From: Malacoraja senta
Lineage: Eukaryota
Direction of reading: 5' to 3'
Assembly (NCBI GenBank): GCA_038087875.1
Contig: CM075993.1
Span: 7,690,001 to 7,750,000, forward strand
Length of the DNA: 60,000 nt
Shown here one piece after another: positions 27,854 through 38,745 of this stretch. The stretch's first letter is position 1, and each line of letters opens with the position of its first letter. The notes beneath the pieces were generated by a model. The model was not told the origin of the DNA and ran no database searches. It was given only the letters and a program-made list of their open reading frames with translations. The translations under genes and the position numbers were made by a program.

Positions 27854-28928
27854 CTAGACCATGGGACCCATTGGGCCCTGTTCCCCCAATGCAATATTCC
27901 ACCTCACCCATAGCCCGCAACTGCGCTGACATGGCAATAACATGTAAAAAATAAGATCAATGTTAAAGCATCTCTCTCCCTTTTCAGTCCCCTATTCACC
28001 TCCGCCATTATCCTCCCTCACCCCTCCCTCCACCAAGCCCCCTCTGCTTCCTCCCCTCTCTTCCCCTTCCATTACCTCCCCACCCATCTTCCTACCCTTA
28101 TCCTCCTCCATTCCCCCAGTACTCCCTCCCCTCCATCCTCCTTTCCTCTCCTCCCCACCCCTATACCTCTTCCTCCCTCTCCTTTCCCCTACCCTCAGTC
28201 ACTCTCCCGCTCCATAACCCCTCTCCCTTCCTGCTCCCCCACTCCCCCCTATCCCACCGCACTGGCTGCAACTCCTTGCCCCGGGTCCCGCTCCTCTCGC
28301 TACCTGCACTCTCCATCCCCAAGGGCCCGGTGCCACTCCTCGGGGTGGGGGCTGTTGGGGGGGGGGGGGGAACAGGCCGAGCGGCATGAAGCAGTGGGAG
28401 GGGGAGGGAAAGGCTGAGGTTGCGGCTACCTTGCCCCGGTTCCTGCTCCTCTCCCTCCTCACGGGCCCGGAGCAGCAGTAAAATGGAAGGAAACGTACCC
28501 GTGGAGGCGTTGTCCCCGTTGTGAGGTGAGGAAAAAAAGATGGCAGTCAGGAATTGTGCAAAGGCCGTGCTGAGGACCCGTGGGGTGTCCTTTGTGACTC
28601 CAGTCAAGTAAAGATGGCAAGTGGGGGCAGGGCAAGAGGGGGCGCTGTTTTTTAATATGTAAATAAAATTTGGGATCCTATTGTGATGTCATTGCGGTGG
28701 AATGCTGGTGACAGGCAGGGCAAGTGAATTTTCTTTAAGTGTTTTTTTAGTTTTAAACGTGAATAACGTAAAATATGGCATCAATCTGAAGGAAACTTAT
28801 TTTTCGTACATATCAGGTCAATGGTGAGTAAGGTGATGCAAAAAAAATGTAGCGCTATGGTTTACCGTTTTTGCGCAAATATAGAAACAAATATAAAAAC
28901 AAACATGAGAGTTTTAGTAATATATAGA
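27854..28928 (-). mobile_element. Non-autonomous Helitron
   Basis: Minus strand A|TCTATATATTAC ... GGGCCCAATGGGTCCC hairpin ... CTAG|T: canonical TC/CTAG termini, AT target, no TSD. Confidence 0.8.
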
Positions 28929-30339
28929 TGGCATGGAAGTTAGATGCCAGTGGCATGTAACTTGCTCAGCATTATGCAGCTGGACATTATTATAGAACTA
29001 AATGAACAGGTCCAACAAAACCTTGATGACAAAAGGAAAACATTGAGACACGATCGCTGGTTAACAGATAACAAGTCAAACACAACCGTAGTCACAAATC
29101 TCTAGCATTTTATTTGAGCTCCCAGCACAATACTTGATGTCAAGTACTTTATTATTTTTGAATTTTACTTAACAAGTTGAGATAAAGCCTCTGCCATGAT
29201 TGAGCAGAAAAAGTAACAATCATCAACAGGTTGAGGGGGTTGCAACATCCCTATCGTTTTACTGACTGGATAAACACTGGATCAACAAGTTGCTTGCCAA
29301 CATTAAAATTTTCAGCCAAGATCCCTGGAGAAGTTCCAAATTAACTACACCAAGAAAGCAATACCCCCGCAGCAATACAGTCTGGTTTTTCAATGCAGCT
29401 TGTTGGCTTTACAATTGGCATGTTTAAAACATTTGGGCTCTACAAAATACAGCACGAGGTTCCATGGAATTAACCAAATTTGAGGGAAGTATTGGGGGGG
29501 GGGGGGGGTTGGGGGGCTTGCGTGTTGCTACAGGCCATGTAGCATTTCAGATCAGTTATTTTGCAGTTTGCATTTTTTTTTAAATGACAAGAGTTGTACT
29601 ATAATCCATTTTTCAATTGTATGCGCTCTCAGCCAAAATTATAACATTAATCTAATAGGCCAATAAAAAATAGCACAAAGTACTGGAGTACCTCAGGTCA
29701 GGCAAGATCTCTGGAGAACGTGGATAGATGACATTTCAGGTCAGGACCCATCAGTCTGATTTGAAGGGGGTGGGGAGGAAAAAGCTGGTAGAGAATCTTT
29801 TGATTTCAAATCAATATCCTTGTGTACAACATCATGTTTCTACACAGGCCAGTACAATGATTGACACCAATTTAATTTGACTTCATTGATCAGTGGCAGC
29901 TAGAGTAAATCTTGAACACCAGGCCAATAGCACTAGTTGTGTTAAACAATAGGTACAAGTACTACAGTTAAGGAACTCGTCTGGAATGACTTGATCGCAA
30001 GGGTAGGAGAAAACATTGTATTGACTGGATAATGCGTTGCATGACACTTTGGTTCATTTATTTCTGACCCCTCTGCTCCCGACTGAACCATAACCTTTGT
30101 TCATTTTCAGTCGTTATTTCAAAATCCTGCCCCTCCACGAACACACCATTTTCTACTCTTGAGAACTGCACAGCTAAACCACTCAAGGAATCCACATCAA
30201 ATAATGTTGCAAAATCTACACAAAAAAATTCTCACTACCCACTCCAACACAATTCTTGCCATCATTTAGGATACACCACAACCAAATGAAATAACTAGCT
30301 CGACCTGTCAACTCTGCTCAAAACTGAATGTCAATCTAA

Positions 30340-31012
30340 TGGGCCTGTCCCACAAAGGCGATTTTTCAGCAGACTGCTGGCAACTGTCAAGTTGCCGGCA
30401 GTCGCCTGAAAAACCGGCAACTTCACCAGCCCGTCATGCAGGTGGGGGACAGGCCAAGTGGGGGGAGCACTGTCTAAAAAATTCACACTGTGCAAAGCCA
30501 AGGTGAAACAGACACACCGCGATGAACAGGAAGGTTGGCCGCTGTAAAAAGACAGCTAAAGCAGTGTACGGTAAGTCCTTTAAAAGAGGGGGGGGGGGGG
30601 GAGGAGTAGAGACAACTTTTAAGAAGCCAGAAATACACAGCTGCGAAGCTCGGCGGCCATTTAACATTACCGGTTGGTTATCCTTGGTTCTGAAAACTAC
30701 TGCTTACCTTTTTTCCCCAATGAGCCAATGAAATTCACCGGTCAGCACCGGCTACAATCTACGAGAATCTCCGAGAACCTTAGACCTCCTGGCAACCCAC
30801 CTACGGCTCGAATTCCCGCTACTCTCCATGGCGGCTTCATTCTAGTAACTGCTAATTTTTCAACATGTTGAAAAATTCACAGCGACCATGAGGCCACGAC
30901 TAGTTCCCAGAATGTAGGAACTCCTCACGACCATGAAGGCCACTCCCTGGCAACCACCCGCAAACATGTGGTGACCATGGTCTCCTGCAGTCGCCTAAGT
31001 GGGACAGGCCCA
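30340..31012. mobile_element. PIF/Harbinger-type MITE
   Basis: TIRs TGGGCCTGTCCCAC / GTGGGACAGGCCCA flanked by a TAA target duplication. Confidence 0.85.
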
Positions 31013-34000
31013 TAAATTAAAAGATTCAATTTTCAGAAGAAATGTCAGTATTTTCATCATTCAGAAACCAAACACTGAAAAAGCTGCTCAGAAGCAGAAG
31101 ACTTGGCCAAGACAGACTGGAATTTAAAATTCACCATTTCTGTTGCAGCAGCAGTAAATCATAGATTGCAATAAGTGGCAGATAACAAGTTTAGTCTGTG
31201 ACTGCAAGAAATCAAAACTAAAAATAGATTTTCACTCCATGGATTGCCAGCTGCATCAAAATAAACGTGGTGCTAAAGGCATCCAGCCAGCAATTAGAGC
31301 AAAACACTGCTGGAGAAACTCGGGTCAAGCAGCATCTGTGAGCTGAAATAGTCAGATGTTTTGGCTCAGGACACTTCAAGTAGGGGCAAGATTATTAACA
31401 TCATGTAGAAAAGGTGTTGATCTGGTCACTTCTCATTTCTATTCAATATAGCTCTACAGCAACCTCTTAAATTTAGTTGGTCCTAAAATGCTGCATTATT
31501 GGAATACGTAATTAAAAGTGAACCCAAATATTTTAACTACTGGAAAGAACATCATACTGTTGAGTGAAAAAACACCGACGACTGGAAATACATGAAGCAG
31601 TGAAGGCAAAACTAATTTTCCAATCTCAAATGACTAAAATAATTAAAACTTTAATTCTAGAGGCAATTCAGCGTTACAAATTAAAATCAAGATTCAGAAA
31701 TAAACATGAACAATTATATTTCTGCAACCTTAAACAGCACACTAATTGCATTGTCATTGAACAGCATATGGAATTGTCAGAAAACTTTAGCTAATCGTAA
31801 ACTCAAATCCAGTTGATATGTCAACATCCCTTGGGATGAAATCCAACTACACCACCACTTGAAAATCTAGTATATTAATCAAGATCATCGTGCAAGACAG
31901 TTTTAAATGTTTGATTTGGAGTTGCAACTGAAATCTAGGAACTTATTGTTTGTGTGTATGTTTAACTAACAAGACAGTTGTGTACCAAGGTGGTTGAAAT
32001 TTTCATTTTCTAGCTGGCTGATGACCAAAATGGACCACATGCCACTAATTTAAAGTTAATGCACAAAATTAAGGAATAATAATCGCACTCATACATTAAA
32101 GTATAGTGATAAGTACATTAATTTGCCATTTGTGCTATTCATTCTTCTCAAGCATACCAGCATCAAAATTTGTAACAAACCACTCAATTAAATGGAAATG
32201 TCAGAAATGAGAGGATTTTTGGAAACCAATTACTAAATATTAAATTTAAATGACATTTAAACAGAAATTTAAAACAGTGGCCATCTTATAATTTGAATTG
32301 GCACAATTTTAATTTGTGAAGCACCTTGGAGCAAGACAGTTACACAAGAAACTATTAACATAAGCCTATTAAAGTAGTCTCTTGGCATCAATGACATGCT
32401 TCATTGTAGTTCTGTGGGCTCCAAGGAGACTGATGAAGCTTACGTGGAACCCAGACTGCCAGGGGGTTGTGAGTCGAGGGCAACATATGGGAGGCAGTGC
32501 TTGTTGGGCTTCTGCATGCTGCTCTCAAAGACACAAGGTTCTCCATGTCCATTGTGCCTTTAAAATAAACAGTATCCACAATGTAATCCAGAAAGCAGCT
32601 CTTTAGCCACATGGATAATCCTTGCAGTCTCTTATCTAATACCCTTTAAGGCAATATGTACAACATTTAAGGGGCACTCGTCTGGCCTCCTTTTTTAGAT
32701 GTAGATGAAGCTATCCATGTATTGAAAGTTCATCATGATTTGAATTTCAGTGAGGGTTTGGTCTCTCAAGATCATGTTTTTCTAGAAGTATAAACAAAGA
32801 ACTGTAAATGCTGGAATAAGTCAGCAGGTCAGGCAACATCCCTGGAGAATAATGTTAGGTGACATTTCTGAACTGGATGCTTCTTCAGACATTGTAGGAG
32901 GAAAGAAAGCTTGAAGAGAGAAGAGGCAGGACAGTGGTAGGTAATAGGTGAACATAGGTGAGGGGGTTCAAATAGGTTGGATAAAAACCAAAGATCAAAA
33001 AGGTGTGAGACAAAATAATTTAAGAGCTGTGAATTATGAAGTCAGAGAAAGGAATGTAGGTGGGGGAGGGAAGATATAGACACAAGTCCATGTGGCCAAC
33101 AGAGGGAGAAAGGGGAGGAGTGTTTGTTAGAGGTTACCTAAAATTGGAGAATTCAATGTTGATATTATTGATTGTAAGCTACCCAAGCACTCCAGTTTGC
33201 TTGTGCCCTCATTCTGGCAATGGAGGAGGCCCAAGACAGAAAGTTCAGTGTGGTAAAGGAAGGGGAGCCAAAATTGTTAGCAGCCGAGAGATCCGGTAGG
33301 CCTTGGTTCTCCATGTATATTGTGCCTTTAAAATACATCAAGCACAAGTGTTAAGCGAAATAGTCACCGATATACAGGAGGCCATATTGGGAACACAAGA
33401 TAGACAATAGGAGTAGGACATTTAGCCCTTCGAGCCAGCACCGGCATTCACTGTGATCATGGCTGATCATCCATAATCAATACCCCATTCCTGCCTTCTC
33501 CCCATATCCTGACTCCACTATCTTTATTCTGCTTGGGTAGCTTATCTTTAAGAGTTCTAACTCACTCTTGAAAGCATCCAGACAATTGGCCTCCACTGCC
33601 TTCTGTGGCAGAGAATTCTACAGATTCACAACTCCGCGTGAAAAGGTTTTTTCTCATCTCCGTTCTAAACGGCCTACCTACCAAAACTGCACACAATACT
33701 TCAGGTGCGGTCTCGCTAGGGCCCTGTACAACTGCAGAAGGACCTCTTTGCTCCTATGCTCAACTCTTGTTATGAAGGCCAACATGCCATTTGTATCCTT
33801 CACTGCCTGCTGTACCTGAACAAGATCTTGTTGTATTTCCCCTTTTCCCAACATTACACCATTCAGATAATGATCTGCCTTCCTGTTTTTGCCACCAAAG
33901 TGGATAACCTCACATTTATCCACAGTAAACTGCATCTGCCATGCATCTGCCCACTCACCCAACTTGCTCAAGTCACCCTGCATCCTCATAGCATCCTCCT

Positions 34001-34168
34001 CAGTTCACTCTGCCACCCAGCTTTGTGTCATCTGCAAATTTGCTAATGTTACTTTTAATCCCTTCATTTAAATCATTAATGTATATTGTAAATAGCTGTG
34101 GTCCCAGCACCAAACCTTGCGATACCCCACTAGTCACTGCCTGCCATTCTAAAAGGGACCTGTTAATC

Positions 34169-35747
34169 CAGGGGTTGGCAACCTACGGCCCCCGGCCCAA
34201 TTGCGGCCCATAGCCCGAAATCATCCAGCTCACAGGCGTATTTTTCTGTATTCATCCGGTCCGCAGACCTCCGTCATCTCCTGTACCTCCCGGGCCCGAG
34301 GCTGCAGCGCGTTGATGCGAGGATGCAAGGAGGCCTGCGCTATCGGCCGCAATGGGGGAGCAGCCAAGCGCCAACAGAAACCCAGTCCTTCTCTCCAGGT
34401 AGACAAAAATGCTGGAGAAACTCAGCGGGTGAGGCAGCGTCTATGGAGCAAAGGAATAGGTGACGTTTCGGGTTGAGACCCTTCTTCAGACTGATGTGGG
34501 GGGGCAGGAAGAAGGAAGAGGTGGAGACAGTAGGCTGTGGGAGAGCTGGGAAGGAGAGGAGGAGGGAGAAAGCAAGGACTACCTGAAATTGGAGAAGTCA
34601 ATGTTCATACCGCTGGGGTGTAAACTACCCAAGCGAAATATGAGGGGCTGCTCCTCCAATTTGCAGTGAGACTCACTCTGACCATGGAGGCAGCCCAGGA
34701 CAGAAAGGTCGGATTCGGAATGGGAGGGGGAGTTGAAGTGCCGAGTCACCGGGAGATCAGGTTGGTTAATGCAAACTGTGCGGAGGTGTTGGGCAAAGCG
34801 ATTGCCAAGCCTGTGATTGGTCTCGCCGATGTAGAGCAGGTGACACCTAGAGCAGCGGATGCAATAGATGAGGTTGGAGGTGGTGCAGGTGAACCTCTGC
34901 CTCACCTGGAAAGACTGCTTGGGTCCGTGGATGGAGTTGAGGGGGGAGGTAAAGCGACAAGTTCAGCATTTCCTGTGGTTACAAGGGAAAGTACCAGGGG
35001 AGGGGGTGGTTTGGGTGGGAAGGGAAGAATTGACCAGGGAGTTACGTTAGGGAGCGGTTGCTGCGGAAAGCCAAAAGGGGAGGAGATGGGAAGATGTGGC
35101 CAGTGGTGGGATCCCGTTGGAGGTGGCGAAAATGTCGGAGGATTTTCTGCTGTATGTGACGGCTGGTAGAGTGGCAGGTGAGGACAAGGGGGACTCTGTC
35201 CTTGTTACGAGTGGGGGGGATGGGGAGTGAGAGCGGAGCTACAGGATATACAGGAGACCCTGGTGAGAGCCTCATCTATAGTCGAAGAGGGGAACCCCCG
35301 TTCCCTAAAGAAAGAGGACATCTCCGATGCCCTGGTTTGGAACACCTCATCCTGGGTGCAGATGCGGCATAGACGGAGGAATTGGGAGTAAGGGGGGGGG
35401 GGGGGGGGGGAAGAGAGATAAGAGTCCTTACAGGAAGCAGGGTGGGAAGAAGTGTAGTCCAGATAGCCATGGGAGTCAGTGGGTTTATGAGTTACTGCAG
35501 CATTTTGTGTCTATTCACAAGTACTCTTTGTATCTCTGTGGAATATAGACCCCATGAAGGCGTTGTATGGAATTATATAACTGGTTTGGACTGATGGTGG
35601 GATGGGAGAGGTGGAGTGTCTGCTGTCCATATGCTTTCTGTAAGAGCAGTCGATTTACTGCCATTGTTTATGTGAATGCGTGATAGATGTGGCCCGCCAT
35701 CCACTCACGGACATGCGTCCTGGCACCTATAAGGTTGCCGACCCCTG
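34169..35747. mobile_element. hAT (Charlie-like) non-autonomous DNA transposon, itself interrupted by a Penelope element
   Basis: TIRs CAGGGGTTGGCAACCT / AGGTTGCCGACCCCTG and 8-bp TSD TGTTAATC / CGTTAATC. Confidence 0.85.
34398..35514 (-). mobile_element. Penelope-like element 3' part (GIY-YIG endonuclease) with terminal repeat
   Basis: ORF 34579-34905 FTCTTSNLIYCIRCSRCHLLYIGETNHRLGNRFAQH...HFN...LEEQPLIFRLGSLHPSGMN; terminal repeat with hammerhead-like core at 34462-34489. Confidence 0.9.
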
Positions 35748-37421
35748 CGTTAATCCCTTCTGTTTCCTGTCTGCCAACCAATTTTCTATCTATGTCAGTA
35801 CCCTACCACCAATACCATGTGCTCTAATTTTTCCCACTAATCTATGTGGGACCTGATCAAATGCTTTCTGAAAGACCAGGTACACTACATCCACTGGCTT
35901 TCCCTTGTCCATTTTCACAGTTACATCCTCAAAAAATTCCAGAAGATTAGTCAAGCATGATTTCCCCTTTGTAAATCCATGCTGACTTGGACCGATCCTG
36001 ATACTACTATCCAAATGTGCCGCTATTTCATCTTTTATAATTGACTCCAGCATCTTCCCCACCGCCGATGTCAGACTAACTGATCTATAATTCTGTTTTC
36101 TCTCTCCTGCTTTTCTTAAAAAGTGGGATAACATTAGCTACCCTCCAATCCACAAGAACTGATCGTGAATCTACAGAACATTGAAAAATGATCACAAATG
36201 GGCCACTTCCTTAAGTACCCTGGGATGCAGACCATCAGGTCCTGGTGATTTATCAGCCTTCAGTCCCACCAGTCTACCCAATATCATTTCATGCCTAATG
36301 TGAATTTCCTTCAGTTCCTCCGTCACCCTAGATCCTCTGGCTACCAGTACTTCAGGGAGATTGTTTGTGTCTTCCTGAGTGAAGATGGATCCAAAGTACC
36401 TGTTCAACTCGTATGCAGTAGATAAGTATAGAAGAGGTGCATGTGAACCTCAGTCTCACCTGGAAGAACTGTTGTGATCCCAAGATGGAGACAAGGGAGA
36501 AGGATAGGATCAGTTGTTACATCTCCAGCAATTGCAGGGGAAAGTACTGGGAAGGTGGTGCTTTGGATGGGATGAGTGAACCAAGGAGTTGAGTGAGCAG
36601 TCTCTGTGAAAGGCAGAAAGGGGTGGAGATGGGAAGATGCACCCGCTAGTGAGATCACATTGGATATGATGGAAGTGTCTGAGAATGACGTGTTGGATAT
36701 TGAGGTTGGTGGAGTGAATTGAGAGGACCAGGGGAACTCTCCTTATCTTGTCGGGGGAGGGGGGGGTTGCAGGAAGAGCAGAACTAAGGGACAGAGGAGC
36801 TAGGAGATGCAGTTGAGGGACCCATCTATGACAGCGGGGGGGGCGGAGATCCATATTTACAGGATATCCTAGAATAGAAAGCCTCTTGGGAGCAGATGCG
36901 TTAGAGATGGAATTAAGAATAGGGGATGGTGTCTTTGCAAGAGGCAGGGTGGAAGTGTAGTCCAGATAATTGAGAGAGTTGGTAAGTTTGTAGTAGGTCA
37001 GTCGAGAGTCAGCCCTCTCATGGGGATAGATTGAGAAAGGGAAGAGTTGTACCGCCAATTTCAACCTCCTTGGTTAAAAAGATGCAATTAAGCAGGTACG
37101 TTTATCAACTTTGACCCAGCTGGAAAAAATAATCTAACACACCAAGGTATAGGTGTACAATCATCTCGACTCCGATTAGAGAAATTTGGGTAGGGATTAT
37201 AAGTATTAAGGAAATATTCGGTGCAATTTTCATTAATGCTAGAAAATAGTAAACTCACTCAAAATGTTGTGCTTAAAGTCATTAAATAAAAGCTGGTTTA
37301 GGGGGGCAAAATTAGCTCCCAATGGTCTAATGCCACCTTAAACTATTATCCTCTTAGTTCCCACGTCCAAGCTTTATTAATTATTTACTCACAGGTACAA
37401 GGTGTTGACAATGCCGTCAAG

Positions 37422-38462
37422 TAGCAATGTTACAAAATTTTGAGATTTTAAAAATAAAGTCTGCAATTTATCCCATCAGATAAAGCATAAAAAGAAGTTT
37501 AATTTGACACCTAATTCACTTTCATATCTTCAGTATTAAAGAAGTTATGGCCATTTTCATACTCGGAAATTAGCATCTTGTTCCCTATTGCTTTTCCATT
37601 GACTTAACACAAAAGCTGTGATCGAGGACAGTTAAAAGCCCATAACTTTCTTAAAAATTAAGATAACTGAAAGAAATTTTCAGTTATTATAGATTGAAGC
37701 ATTCTGAAACAAATATGAAACAATCTTACTTAGAAGACATGAAAGTAAAGCATATAATTAGTTAGTTACCTAATTGTAGCTAATTACAAAATTCAATTTC
37801 TAGATCTAAACATCTATCAATTTCTTAAGAATAGATTAACATTTTTAAATAGCCTAAGTGTCCAAATAACATTCACACAATAATTCACAATATAACATAA
37901 TTTTTAAATCTCATTTCATGAATTTACAGGCCAAATGGAAGGAATTGAATGTTTAATACCTGTAAATTAATGGGCATTTAAATCATCTTGTGAGTGAGGA
38001 TTTCTGGACCGCGGTCTTTTGGAACGTTCATTTGCGGTGAATTTAACCCCGTATTGGCATGAAAAATACTGCCGTTAGTTCGGGGAATAAAATCACCGTG
38101 TCGCATGAAATAATGTGAATTAAAGGCTTCTTAAGAAGCACTTTTATACATTTAAAGAAACCACTTTCGTTTACCTGTCCCGTGTGTGAAATCCGTCCCC
38201 GTTATCGGCGTTGACGCTTCAGGAGCTGCTTTTAAAATTACTCCAGCGCTGACATTGACGATTTAATAAAAATAAAAAATACACAAAACGCCACTAGGAA
38301 CGATTCTTCAGCCAACGCTTGTACTCCAACGAAATATTAACCAGGACAAGGGAGGAGAAACACGCGTTTTAACCCCGCCCCCCCCTTAAAGGCGCCAAAA
38401 TCACGCACACGGCCAGTGGCAGAATTACAGCGCGACTGAAGGTAAGTTTTGTAACATACCTA
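37422..38462. mobile_element. Unclassified non-autonomous TIR DNA transposon
   Basis: Ends TAGCAATGTTACAAAA / TTTTGTAACATACCTA, flanked by the direct repeat CGTCAAG (37415-37421 and 38463-38469). Confidence 0.75.
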
Positions 38463-38545
38463 CGTCAAGCATCCAAGCCCACAAAGATGTGGCCACAATT
38501 GTATCAAGGAATCCATTACATACAGGTTTTCATAATCTGAATATA

Positions 38546-38745
38546 NNNNNNNNNNNNNNNNNNNNNNNNNNNNNNNNNNNNNNNNNNNNNNNNNNNNNNN
38601 NNNNNNNNNNNNNNNNNNNNNNNNNNNNNNNNNNNNNNNNNNNNNNNNNNNNNNNNNNNNNNNNNNNNNNNNNNNNNNNNNNNNNNNNNNNNNNNNNNNN
38701 NNNNNNNNNNNNNNNNNNNNNNNNNNNNNNNNNNNNNNNNNNNNN
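38546..38745. other. Assembly gap (200 N)
   Basis: Run of N. Confidence 1.

Larger units (their letters stand above)
33397..36408 (-). mobile_element. CR1 LINE fragment interrupted by a hAT MITE
   Basis: ORF pieces DKSPGPDGLHPRVLKE, NYRSVSLTS...QHGFTKGKSCLTNL, WQMQF...KCEVIHFG and RPHLKYCVQFW; 3' UTR at 33397-33520. Confidence 0.9.
32790..37050 (-). mobile_element. Older Penelope-like element split into 32790-33396 and 36409-37050 by the CR1 insertion
   Basis: The left piece has the terminal repeat and the C-terminal GIY-YIG region. The right piece continues upstream (RVPLVL..H..., IFPSPPLSAFHRD.SL, YYK.T.S..YLDY.S). Confidence 0.75.

Noticed and set aside
28161..28607. 148-aa ORF
   Set aside because: Lies in the low-complexity GC-rich interior of a Helitron; no recognisable domain.
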